Assembly: GCF_000150275.1 (NCBI RefSeq)
Contig: NW_002060943.1
Span: 6,750,299-6,814,298, forward strand
Direction: 5' to 3'
DNA length: 64,000 nucleotides
DNA from: Trichoplax adhaerens
Taxonomy: Eukaryota > Animalia > Placozoa
The notes beneath the pieces are model-generated. The model was not told where the DNA came from and made no database searches. It saw only the letters and a list, made by a program, of their open reading frames with translations. Position numbers and translations under genes: made by a program. Positions 41,201-53,987 of this stretch are shown piece after piece; position 1 is the stretch's first letter; every line of letters starts with the position of its first letter.

Positions 41201-43875
41201 AATTATCATATTGAGTTATAAAAGGTATTTGTTAAATACTTAGTAACTATAGAAGCACTGAAAGCTAGTACGCATAGTATTTCACCTTAAACCAACATGA
41301 TGCGAATCCGGTCATTTAATTAAATTATAACAGACTAACTATGCTCATTATTTGATTAATCCAGACGCTTTCATAGCCTCAAAGGATTTGGACATGCGAA
41401 TTTATCACTTAGCATTTTAATATCTAACATCACCTTTATAGCTGGCATAGATTCTTATGATGATAAGGTAGGAGTAGAGTAGAGACAATATCACCGTAAA
41501 TTCAAGGAACGACGGTGAATAATATTTCTTTAATAGGAATAGATATTTATTTGATAATAGTATTAACCAAAATATTAACCTCCATCATCAACATACAGTA
41601 AGATCCAATAAAATGATATCATAAACCTGAATAACTTTCGTATTGAAATTAGATATCTTGTAGTGTGATTTCGGTCATACTGCACTATCTGTTTTTGACA
41701 ACTTTCTGCTGGATGTTGGTAGAAGCGTTAATTCTCTATCGTAAGACATTAGAACTATCCAATGTTTTTCCATCAACAGCTAAGAGATACTACTTCCTGG
41801 TTGGATGGGGTAACTAAATTTATAGCATTTAATGCAGCACTTAAAATATTTGATCTTCAATATTAGGTCAAAATGTACGCTAGAATTTACGACATGATGT
41901 TGTTTAAGAATACTTTGAGTTGTCGAAATTTAAAATATTGACATACTTCTGCATAGGATCACCAATGGTTGTAGTAATTATTTCTTTCATTGTAAACTCT
42001 AAAGCTTATGGAAAGCAAAGGCGGTAAGCAGTTTAAGAAAATTTCAACTAATTTTGAAAATATTTTTAATTAATTTAAAAGCAATGATAGACAACTCCTT
42101 TCGCCCAGCTTATGACAAAATCAGTAGCTCTTGTCGCTAATTAATATTTTGTTCTGCCATTCGAATGCTATTCTAAAATTATAACAGTTGTTGGATGGCT
42201 AATGTCGATGGATTTATTTGGTCATTTATTGGACCTCTGCTTGTGGTATTGTCAGTATGTATTCCTGTTTAGCCAAAATATTGGCAACTCAAACAACAGT
42301 TAATAAGCATACGCTAACGTAATTGTTAGTTACTGTAAGCAATCTTACAATTTAATTTAATATGCAGTCATGCTCAAATAAGTAATTTCAAAATATTAAA
42401 TCTTTTGAAAGCAAAATAGTCATTGGACAATTTATCTCAATAAATGTCAAATCAAGATTACGCTCGTAAACATTTTATTTTCGCTTACTTATTACTTGAT
42501 CAGATTAATGTCGTAATTTTGGTTCGTGTTATGAAAGCCCTTCTAAGCCTTCAACTGGTAATTAGACAATCAGAAATTCAAAAAGTGAAGTTAGTCCTAG
42601 CATTATTTTTGTATTTGTATTGTGATATCTTATACTGTAACTTTATAGCAGCCAGCTCTGTTAATCTAATAATTCTCTAGTTTATTGGTGTTTCAATATT
42701 ATTAAAGGTAGAGGTGCACTATTAACTATTCCACGTATATTTTAGGACAACTATTAAAGCGATTATCTCGCTACTACCTATTTTGGGGTTAACTTGGTAC
42801 TTTGGAGTTGCATTCTATTGGACAGGCTCAGTAGTATTTGCCTACTGCTTTGTCATTTTTCATAGCTTCCAGGTAATCGATTATCATTATCCATATAAGA
42901 CATTTTCGATTTAGTAGATGCTGTCTATGGCAGACAGGATATTATACACGATGTTTAAAGTTCAGATTCGTTTATGTGACTGTATTATCTTGCCTTATAT
43001 GATAGCAGGCTTACTAAGAGTGATTAACAAGTTACAAGCCTCAGATCTAACTGTGTAATATGTGCAAAACTGTATATTTAAAGCACAGTTTGGTGTACGG
43101 ATTCGGCTAGTACCATATTAAAGATGTAGTTTATGCACTTAAAATAAATTTCCAAAATACTATTTTGAGAAGCAATATAGTTTTTTCACAAGGAAATGAT
43201 CTTACATCTTCTATTTACAAAATTTCTAGGTATTTAGAAATTAATAGAAACATTGAAACATTTACTATTTTGACTATTTTAGGGTGTGTTCATGATGTAT
43301 GTGCTTTGCCTGAGTAGTAAAGAAGTAAGTACATCAACTAGAAGTGATTGTATTGACTACATAAGCACAGAAAGAGTTACATGGCAATAAAAGCTAATAA
43401 TAAAGCTTGTAAAGTAAAGTATTTGTCTTTTGTTAGCTGCAAAGGTACTTTCAACAGTATTAGATAAGTAAGATATTGATACTTTTAGATTTATGATACG
43501 ATACCAGAACGTAAAGTTTACTTTTTATGATTTCTATTCTTATAGATGGTACTAATTTCTATTATAATTTGTCTAGTGGACGATTTTCGGCAGTAACGTA
43601 AATCATTTTGACATAGATCAGTTAGCGATTTTTTGTAAGATTTAAATACGTAGAAAGTTATCCTTACAATAAGTTCCATTCATAAGTCTCCAATGGAATT
43701 TATTTGCATAATTTTTCGACGTTGAATTATGGAATAAGGTTTAAATTAATTCTTTCATATATTTACCGGCTATATATATTAGATTCGCCTATATTATCTC
43801 AAAAAATTTAACAACATATTCTCCGTGGACAATACTCGAATTCATTCCGCATCTTTTGTAAGACCATCATTTTAA
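32284..43875 (+). CDS. Adhesion GPCR: signal peptide, C-type lectin domain, S/T-rich stalk, GAIN/GPS, family-B-type 7TM
   Basis: Hydrophobic leader (SLFYFFVIFLVIQSCFYS, 32284-32397) splices in frame via 34445-34481 to a CTLD exon (CQEGWILIFDKCY..WCARYNAHLPTI..YWINL..WAVGQP..C..FDDVNC..YLCQ). Ser/Thr-rich exon at ~37.5-38.5 kb. GPS GNWSIEG..CLSNHLTSFAILF at 40747-40860. TMs: ILTIITYVGTIVSLFCL, HANLSLS, LHYLFLTTFCWMLVEA, VGWGSP, CWM..FIWSFIGP, LLPILGLTW, FHSFQG. Stop at 43873-43875. Confidence 0.9.
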
Positions 43876-46442
43876 GATATGAATTTTTAAAGTTTAGACT
43901 TTTATTTTTAATGTGATGATTACTTAAAATCTAGTTCTACCCAGTGCTAATCTTCATCAATGAGTAGCCCTACCATTCGAAAATAAATAAATAGCTACAA
44001 CAAATAAGCTTGATTAGTAATCAAAAGAATTGGACTCGTAGATCTTCTACTTCTATAGATAAAGATAGATTCGTAACCTTTCAAATTATTCCTTACTTTT
44101 TTTTGTCGAATTAATAAACTTTTCGTTTACAATAGTATTTACCGGATTGATGCGAGCTGATTATTTCTAAATTTGACCTTATATTTTTAACAGGTCCATA
44201 AAAGAAATATCAATGTATCTAAAATGATGAGAAGAAATAACATGGTGGCGCAACAATCATCTAGCTAGATAAATTAATGATGTTAATATTATCATACTTT
44301 TTGTAATTAAACTAAAATAATATATGTCTAATTCATTCAATTTATAAGCTATTTAATCTCTATAGTAAGTACTTTGACTTATATAACATTGTAAGAATTA
44401 ATAGACTAATGCTCTATAAAAGATGATACTAGAATTTTTAACAAATGCTTCGAATGGACATTTTTAATTATATTCGTATTTACTACTTATTTTCCATAAA
44501 GAATTAAGATTTAAATTTTGCTATCTACCGGTGCTGTAATCGGTTCTCCATCGTAAGTCATTCCAGTAAAAGTTTTTAACTTTAATATTATAGATGTTGA
44601 GCTATCGTTGACGTTAACTTGCTCTTAAACAGCATGTGTCTATGAAGGGATTGAATATCTATATATATAGATCAATACTGTGATCCTATGATTCCTACAA
44701 TATATTTGCTGTATTTTTGTGCAGGCAATCATAAATGGTGGAAAGTATGGTTTTTATTTCAGAGTATCGGCTAGAAGCAACAGATAGACCATGTGAGACT
44801 GGTTAGCAAGTCGATTCCATAAGTAGTACTTTTACGCATTTGATAAAGTTGCAATGGAAATTTTACAAAGCGAAAATGATTGAATTTAGATCATTAAACT
44901 AGACTTAACATTGCCATTAATATAAGTAAGCGGTAATACACTATTACATCATCTATTTCATTGCGTATGATTTATTAATAAATCAGAAAATTTAGGGTTA
45001 TTTGACTTTTGGCCCGTACTGTACCGGAGCATAATTGAATTTTTAATATGGAGGTCATACATTTCACCTTGAAAAAATACTGGGTTAACCACGCTACACT
45101 CCATTGAAGGGAAAGGAATATCAAAGACAAATTGGAGCCATATTTTATAGTATTGATGACATTATATACGCATTAATTAAAAGGTAACACCATCTGTATA
45201 ACATTTCGAGTGGTTCACGGATATCACAGGGGGCAAGCAGCACTTTGTACATGCTTTAGGTAGTGGATACTGATTTAAATAATAATTTTTCCTTGTATTA
45301 TATTAAAGGTTAAGATATTATAATTACTGATACAAGGGAAGCATTAGCATACTTTCTTTCGTTAGCTTACAGCGCTTGGATATTGTTGTTGTAAAGATAG
45401 GCGTAGCTAATGTTACTTTATGGTATACTGCATTAACGATCGCTGTCAATTTCATGGCAGTTTATTAAATGAACCAATACATTAAAGTATAACTGATGAT
45501 ATAATAACTTTTGCTGCACATCATTTGGACGATAATTTTGCAGCTAAAATTTTTTAATGTACAGTACAGTCCAATATCGCAATACAGATGTTTAATAAGC
45601 AAAAATATTAGTTTTTGAACAACGTAAATTTACTTTTGGACAACAGCATCAGTAATCTTTCTAATAATTATATATATTATATATGACTTGGTGACCTTTC
45701 ATGTTTGTTCAGGCCTGATTCGATATAATATTCATGCTTAAAAGACATGAACATCTAGTCTAAAAAGTATCCTACGACCTAAGAAAGGACAAAGAACATC
45801 ATTTAAACGAATATTATATAATTAATATTAAATAGATTAGTTTGAAATTAAATAGATTAGTTTGAGATAGTTTACATCGTTCCGAAGCTTCCTAAGATTC
45901 TAAATAAGATGCCAAATCATTTAATCCAAATGTGATTGTAGTGTATTTAGAATATACTGTAACTATATTCTACCCTTAAATATAGACATGTTGTATTGCT
46001 CTTATATTTAGACAGATCTACAGTCCGCTTACTCTACATTCATATATAGACTACTGTATTTAGTTATTACGGTACTCGCTGTTTTCTACAATCATCTGCT
46101 ATTTTGTAACCTGTTATGGCATATGTTGTATCTAATTCCACAATCCTATTCTCTGCATGTGCTCTATCTTCAAAACTATAAATACCGGCGATTTCTACCT
46201 CAGAGTTCATTAGCCTCTCAGTTAGTCTTCTAGTTAGTCTTTCACAGTCTAATACTTCTACTCGTTACTCACGACAGCTTGCATCCTAATCTACATAACT
46301 ACCTCACTGTACTTCACATTACTAACCTACAATAAGCATAATTTTTATAACCCCTTTGTTGTAATAATTGTAAATGGCGACTAAATCTCAATCCTCTGAG
46401 ATATTGAACGCTCCATCACAGTGATAAATAAACTTTTTTCAG

Positions 46443-46685
46443 CTGCCATAGAAAGAAGTGGATAAAGTGCAAGTGAAAAGGCCTTTCTGGCACCTTAGGA
46501 AGGCTTCTAAATTAATCTAACAGTAATTTATATCATTCTGAAGCCTCTTACAGTGCGAGATAAAGATGGCAGATTATTTAATGCAGGTCTGATAAATATA
46601 ATTTTTATTCTAACTACCATGGAAAGAGGTGGAAAAATACAAGTGAAAAGCCTTACCGATTTCCTAGGAAGACTATACTAAGTTT
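46443..46685. repeat. Degenerate ~70-bp direct repeat pair in the long non-coding region
   Basis: CTGCCATAGAAAGAAGTGGATAAAGTGCAAGTGAAAAGGCCTT..TAGGAAG at 46443 versus CTACCATGGAAAGAGGTGGAAAAATACAAGTGAAAAGCCTT..TAGGAAG at 46614. Confidence 0.7.
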
Positions 46686-49600
46686 AGTTTAACTGCCTAA
46701 CCTAAAATAAGGTAATAAAAGTTGAGATCCGATTTACAACAAAAATTTAACAACACCCTGCTATGATATGCCTCTAGTACGAAGATAAATTAACTAGCAT
46801 GCAAATAGAAATCAATACACAGACATTTTTATTTCAATCATTCATTCTGGTTTTAACTGAATTTATTAAAATTAGAGCAAAAGATCAGAGTGTTATCTGG
46901 AAATGCCTAATAATATCTTATAAAATTAAGAAGCCTTTGGCAGTGAACGAAAGTTTTCCGTTGTAGGTTTAGTTGTGACGATAATTGACAGATGATTAGC
47001 AGATCTTTCACTATTCATCCGGAAAGTACCCAGCTACCAAGTCAATGTAAACATTGATTTATTACCCTTGATTAAAACAATTTTCTATCATAATAACAAA
47101 GACTAGCTAACATCCGATAACCAATCAACCAATTATATCAATCTATTGAGCAATATTAATATAAGTTTAACTCATACACCCAGAAGCCTCCTTGTGATAC
47201 GATGAATAAATAATTGCGCTAAACCGTAGACAATATATGTGTACTAAAGAAGTAACCTAAATTAAACTACTGTATTATCGTCCTCTGAGGCTATCATAAC
47301 CTGATTTTCTTTTATCAATACTCCAATGATTACCAACTACCAATTCTATAATACTATGCTAGCTAGCTGCTAGTACCTATGGCAGAAGTTGCAGTTACTG
47401 TGTAATGGTGTATAATGCTGGATATTAGTCTTTTATTGCTAGAAATAAGGAAAGCGATTGCATCAAAATGCCATCTGGCAGTTAATACGTGATATGATGT
47501 GTTAGGTAGTTGTGTAAAAGAAAAGATTATTTTAGTTGATGACAAATTAGAATCGAGTTTAGATTGAGGATAAGGACAGATATAAAAGTGATTTTAACTC
47601 ATTGCAGCCGTACAACATAGATTATAAAGTGTTGAAAGCCAGTAATGCAAAATAGATTACTTGAAAGTGAATACTTATGGATGCGGTAGAGGTGAAAGAT
47701 ATGGAATATTTCTTCTGTTTATAATATAGCAAGGTTAGGCGTCAAGTTTCAGTACTACAGTGCATGATCACTTTTAATTTAGTAGGCATAAGTTGTTGCT
47801 GCCATCGTCAACATCGGTCATTATAATGTCACTTAAGAGTTAAAACAAATTCAAATATTAGAAATTATCGATAGAAGCTTAATGTAAAATGTCTATAATA
47901 ATTTATTCCAGCAAAGCCTTCACATCATGGAACAGACAATAGCTGATGATGAAAGACGCCTGTCAGCTCGATTATTGTTGATATTAATTGAATAATGCGA
48001 GTTATTATTAGTCATGATATAATTTCATTGGATGATGTAGACTCAGAATGGATCAAATCGTGCCCAATGCATACATTAATATTATTATGATGATGATTAG
48101 GCCTTGATTGCCATCAATTTATTCAATGACGGCCTTCTTAGTCTGGTTGCTTAGATGTATTCATCGGCGGTACTTGCACAATAATGATTATGATAATAGT
48201 TAACTATCGCTATTATTTGCCTTGAGTTATTTCAAATAGGATGAATATCTTCCTATACAAATAGAATAAAAAAGAAATTATCTATCAGCATTTATTATTA
48301 TCACATGATTATTCTGTGGAGAAAGAAGTGGACATTAATGAATACTGCTACATTATTGGTATGCGCCTGTTGCCAACTATCCATAATATATTATTTCCAT
48401 CTAAATCTATCATAATTTGTGTACCATTAGCAAAAAATACAATTCATATGACGTCCATCTCCATCCTCTGATCCTTATTAAAATCTAGAACATGAAAGAG
48501 ACTAGATTTAATTGTTATAAGAAATTGAATAAATTTTTATCTTTTATTAATATCGTGGATTGTTAAAGTGTAGAAGACATTTCCCCTTCTTTCTCTATTA
48601 TTAAATATTTCTTGGACATTAAAGCTACAAATTATCCAAATAACTGTAAAAAATTATTGTAGATACTGTAACTAATGCTATAATTGCATCCAATCAATTT
48701 TATTTATAACTTGATCACGTAAACGTCAAGATCAACGAGTTAGAACATTGTATTGAACTATTGATTAAACTGGATTAAGGGCTCAATCATAAAGAGTATT
48801 CTATCCATGGATGCCGAAGTGAGCAGAGTGGTCTAACTATTGATGATTAGTTTTATCCATTTTTTCGTGCCTATTTAATATCGGATGAATAAGTTAAGGG
48901 CGAAAAGAATTCATTTTACCTGGTTTAGGTAAGAGTAAAGCTGAAAAATTGATTTCATTAGCAGATACAAATGTTGTTGCTGTTAACAATGACAATTGAC
49001 AAGGACTTTACTAAGTTATAGCTAGTAGGCAAATGACAATGATTACAGTAATGTCTTACTACGATTTGGCGCTTCTTTCAATATTATCCTACAGATCGCA
49101 TAGATAATCTTTCAACAGTGCAATCTTCGTTGAAGTAGTTCTCTTGCCTTCTATCGAATAATTCATTCGAGGTTGTGCCACTACGTCGATACCTCCTTAC
49201 TTACATAGCAATATAACTAACTAGGAGATTTTATTGTATCATCTTAAACTTTTTCAACAGAATCTTTACCGCCTATTTACTCTTCTATCGTTGCCTAGAT
49301 AAACTTTGTATGTAATTAGTCAAATTGATGTAATTTATACATGTGCCAATTTTCTACTTTTTTATCACAGTAACAAAGTAGTTTTTCATTTGACCATCAA
49401 TTAACTTCTTCAAGGGAAAGTAATTGAGTTTCTCCCGGCTGCTAACATTCTAATTTTTCTACTTAGCGTTCTATTATAATTATAATTATTAGCCTATGAT
49501 AATCCTAGTACTTAGCAATAAATTATGTTGCTTAAGACCGCGATCATAATTGAATTTTTTCAAATTTCCCAACCCGAAAGCAAATGGCACTCAATTAGAA

Positions 49601-51602
49601 ACTTCTGTAATCTATTTCCTTTCCTATGTATCATGAAATCAAGGTTGATTGAATGATAACTATGCTTTAAAATCTTCTGTTAGTTTCATTCCTCTCGTTT
49701 ATCGATACGAGCAACATCGAAACTCTATCTTTATGAGCAATATTAAAAACGAGCAGATTGGAGTTATGGGTCAAAATACGTCTTAACAATAAATATTGCA
49801 TCATATCACTTGAAATGAAGTATTATACTGTATTCTATCATCTCAAATTACAAAAAATATACTTTTTCCTTCTTAGACTTATGTCGCAACAGTTTAAATT
49901 AAAATAGATTCCTATCGTATGTTCGATTAATACCTGGAAAGAAAACACGAAATAAAATAACAAAGACAACAGTAAAATCATACATTAATAAAATGTATAC
50001 AATGTGACTCAGCATAACCTTGCTATTATAACGATTCAATTTTATGGATAACATAAACTGAAGTAACAATAACTGAAGTAAATAAGATCAGTAATGGAAT
50101 AATACTTCGACTTTATGCAATGACTTAATAACAGATATAATAAAGGTCGATTAGAACGTAAAAAAATGGGCTAAACGATCATAAATAGTCTAAGGCCACT
50201 TTCAGCAAGATATTTTTTTACGATCAATGTCTTACTATAGCTTGAATTGGACTTATCAACTCTGTCAAGTACATAATTTGTGTTTAAGATGAATTCTAGA
50301 TCGATGAAAACAAATACTGCAGTACACGAAAGTGGTTTATTGGCCGATATTATTTTTCTTTGTACATGCTTATGAACTCATTCTCTATATAATCTTAAAC
50401 TTTAAAAGTTGACCGCAACAACGACATCATAATTTATGCCTACTGGATTAGCGATGGCTATCTTAATCAACAGGAAGAACTGTAGGCATTCTTACTTTTA
50501 AGATTTAGCAATCTCAAAACAACACCGGTCCTTTTGATAAAGACCGGCCGTCTATTTGATCAAGTATTTCGTACTATAGGTAGCCATAGACTACGAGAAG
50601 GAGTCTATGCTATGCATTGCCTTAAAATTTGTACTAATTACAATTATTAGAAGGGAAAATCAACTCTGTTGTAAGATGTTATGCAATCGGACTTTGTCAA
50701 TGTTATTGACAAAGACCATAGTTAAAAATATCGCTTTAGATTTACGACAATATGCAACTTAATTATACGGGAATACTAGCACAATGGCGTACCATGATGG
50801 TTAATGTTCGATTAAAAATGTTTAGTAAAAATGTTTTAATCTTCTCAATTTGACAATATCGATAAAATCAATATAAAACAGTCTATTGCTTCATATCGTG
50901 ATTTAAATGATATTGCTTAATAATCAAATAGTAGTATCTCCATAACATGAGATGTTATCCTATCCACGATATTATTATTTTTATTTCTGAGACTGCAGTA
51001 ATCTGCAAACCATCTCTTTTGATTTCATATAATATTGTAATTCTCATGACAAAATGAACAACTTACAATCGTTGCGATAATGTGTAACCAAATAGGCGAT
51101 GTATCCAATTTGTTTTATCTCTTTGATTAATGTTGATATTTCCATGAAAGAAAGATTCATGTTCAAGAATTTATTAATGGATAAAATTGTCTAGTGTGCT
51201 AGCAAAATTTGAATTATGATGTTAATATGGTTGTATCTATTCCATCCATAGGCTTGATAACCGTGAAATTCGGCGCTAAAATGCAGCAAAATGCAGCAAC
51301 ATAAGGACGATAGCAATATAAAGTTGATTAATTAAACAGGTCTAGTGTGATAGTGATATATCGAGAACTATCGGCTAGATTAATTTCTTTACGAATTGTA
51401 ATCGCAGATTTTACCACCATCTCGATATTGCTACAAAGGATAATTTGGCTATTTCTTGTACAAATTTTTATTGAATTTATTCTCTCGATGGTCTGGGCTT
51501 AATTTAGTGTTGAATTTAATGTATCGTTCCATTTGATACTATACCAGATTATTTGGTGGATAAAAAGATTGTAAATATCTCAATTTCCTAGTCTATACCG
51601 AT

Positions 51603-53760
51603 ATGCTGAAATCATTAAAGAAAAGTGTCCGATTGTCACTCAGTGATTCTAACAGTTATGAAAAGAAGGAAAAGAAAGAGCCTACAAAGTCGGCATCATT
51701 TTCCTTGCGCAACCTAGAGCTAACGGTTAAGTATATGGGCTATTTGCCAGTATCCGATGCTCGCTCGCTGCAAACGTTAAAACAAGCCATTCGATTTGTT
51801 GTTCAACAAAGGATACGTAGAACTCACTCACGATTTGAAATGAGAAATTTCCAAGTTATTATTTATGATTTAGAAAGTGAAGACACAATTCTTGATATCC
51901 CAATACAGAAAGTAGCGTTATGTGGTAAAGAATTTGTCAAGGGTTTCGAAAAATGTTTTGCAGTCAATGTTACTACCGATGATTCTCATGTTTGCCATGT
52001 CATGCAAGCAGCAACGACCTATGAAGTAAATGCTGATATTGAATATTTTTGGGGAATTACTCATCAATACGATAGCACTTTATGCTTCCGTTTATTTTAG
52101 TGATGTTTTAGTAAATTTCCCTTTATTTTAATTGATATGCATAAAATTGATCTCCCTTGATTGACCGCTAATTAGAAACGAATTTATTGATTATAAGTTT
52201 AACTTTTATCCCATGACTTATTTATCTTGAAAGGCGGAAAAGTTTTTGGTTAAAATTGCTGAAGCATTTGAAGCCCTAGGAAAAATGGCTAAAAAGTCCA
52301 AGCAACGAAAATCAACGATTCCTACTCAAGCTGCGCCAACATCGAAATCAACACCGGTAGGTTTTGTTAACGGTAGCCATTTTTTTACTATCTTAATGAA
52401 ATGCAAGAATCATTTTTTGAACCTTAGTGCAGGATTATTGATGTATAAAGACATTTGAACTCTTTTTCTTTACCTATTTTAACGAATTTCCAAATTATGG
52501 CTTTACTATTTAAAGGCATCTGATGAAATGGCTCGTTCTGATAATGGCAGCCAGCAACGATCTCGATATAGCAGCAATTTTCTTAATGTCGATAACCCTA
52601 ACACCTTGTCAACAGGGATCTCGAGGGATAGTCATGATGGTTTATCGAACTCGATGGAAACACGACAATTACCACCCATTCCAAAGAATTTCAACTACGA
52701 TAATGCAGAAGTTAGTCAATCTCATCACGCTAATGAGAGCCATGGACTACAAATTCGACCGCTACCACCAGTACCAGATGTAGCGAGAAATTCGTCAGGC
52801 CATGATGATGAAGATGTAGCGAATAGAGAAACTCTATATGCTAGTTTAAAGAATACCGTGAAAAAGGATGAAGTAGAAGATCCTTATAGTACAATTAAAA
52901 ATAAACTCGGTGAAGAAAATCCATATAGTACAGTTAAAAATAAACGTGTTGACGAAAATCCTTATAGTTCGGTTAAAAACAAATCAAACGAAGAAAATCC
53001 CTATAGTACGGTTAAAGATAAATTAAATGAGGAAGACCCTTATAGTTCTATAAAAGACATTCGTAAGGCTAAACTTAAATTAGCCCTAAGTCAACCAGGA
53101 CAAGAAAATATAACTACCCAAGGGACACCTCAGTATCAAACAGAAGATGAAGAAGATCCTTATAGTACTGTTCGTACTAAAACCAATAGTGATAATAGTA
53201 AATCCGATGTGGTCATTCAGGTTCGTAGCCCAGCCGGAAATCTTGAGGTATCTGCACATGCAAATGATTCGACTAGAGGTAATCCGGCTAAGCAAGTGGA
53301 TGAGCAAACAGGCGAAAATAAGAGCGGCGCAGTTATGGCCGAGTTTAAAGCTAGCATTACTCCAGATCTATACGAAGCCAGAAAGTCATATCAAAGTAGA
53401 CGTAGTATTGCAAATCAATGGACTAGTTATAATGTCTCCGAAGTATTTGAAGAAGTGGGCGGCGACGAGCAAAATGATGTAAAATCCAATAAAAAATTTT
53501 ATGATCCTACCGATATTTATGTTAATCTCCATAAATATAGAATGCAAAATCAAAATAAATCCAGTTCTTCCCGTCAATATAATGATGTTACTAACAAAAT
53601 CGATGATAAAGGGGATAGCGAAAAAGTCCATCAACAAAGTGCGACTAAGACTAATGACAGCCAAGTCGATGGAAATTTATCGGTTAACCAACATAAATTT
53701 TATCAAAGTATTAAAGATGTTCAGAGTACTTATCAGAAACTTAAAAGTAAAATAAAGTAA
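51603..53760 (+). CDS. PTB-domain phosphotyrosine scaffold with SH3-ligand motifs and tandem YS(T/S)(V/I) repeats; exons 51603-52025, 52234-52356, 52516-53756/53760
   Basis: PTB/PID pattern LTVKYMGYLPVSD..IPIQKVALCG..KCFAVNV..HVCHVMQA..AEKFLVKIAEAFE with phase-0 junctions in frame, then a disordered tail with RQLPPIP, RPLPPVP, TLYASL, six E(D/N)PYS(T/S)(V/I) and IYVNL. An acceptor at 51591 implies a further upstream exon, so the true start is uncertain. Confidence 0.8.
52873..53067 (+). repeat. Coding tandem repeat, 39-bp / 13-aa unit x5, with a sixth copy at ~53149
   Basis: VEDPYSTIKNKLG / EENPYSTVKNKRV / DENPYSSVKNKSN / EENPYSTVKDKLN / EEDPYSSIKDIRK, plus EEDPYSTVRT. Confidence 0.95.
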
Positions 53761-53987
53761 GTTTAGAACTCAGCCATTCATTTTTTGTAGATCTATACCG
53801 CTACGTCTGCAGTTATTTCTAATCGATGTTATTTCATTGCAGTTCCTTAGCAGAGCTAAAAATTTGCTTTGAGATTCTTTTTGCTTAATTTATCATTTTA
53901 TTGTTTTTGGGGGATATTATTTCAATTTTAATCATGTCGACGAACTTACACTGATGGAATAACGTACTCAATGGATGCCGAAAATCG

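Noticed and set aside
51603-52356. PTB exons as the missing C-terminus of the ANKS1-like gene
   Set aside because: They are 26 kb away, beyond a stop codon, TAF11 and a complete same-strand GPCR gene.
23224-53755. Alternative-frame and antisense ORFs over long exons (e.g. 23224-23622, 24073-24309, 53086-53307, 53147-53482, 53386-53664)
   Set aside because: Shadows of real coding exons with no independent protein features.
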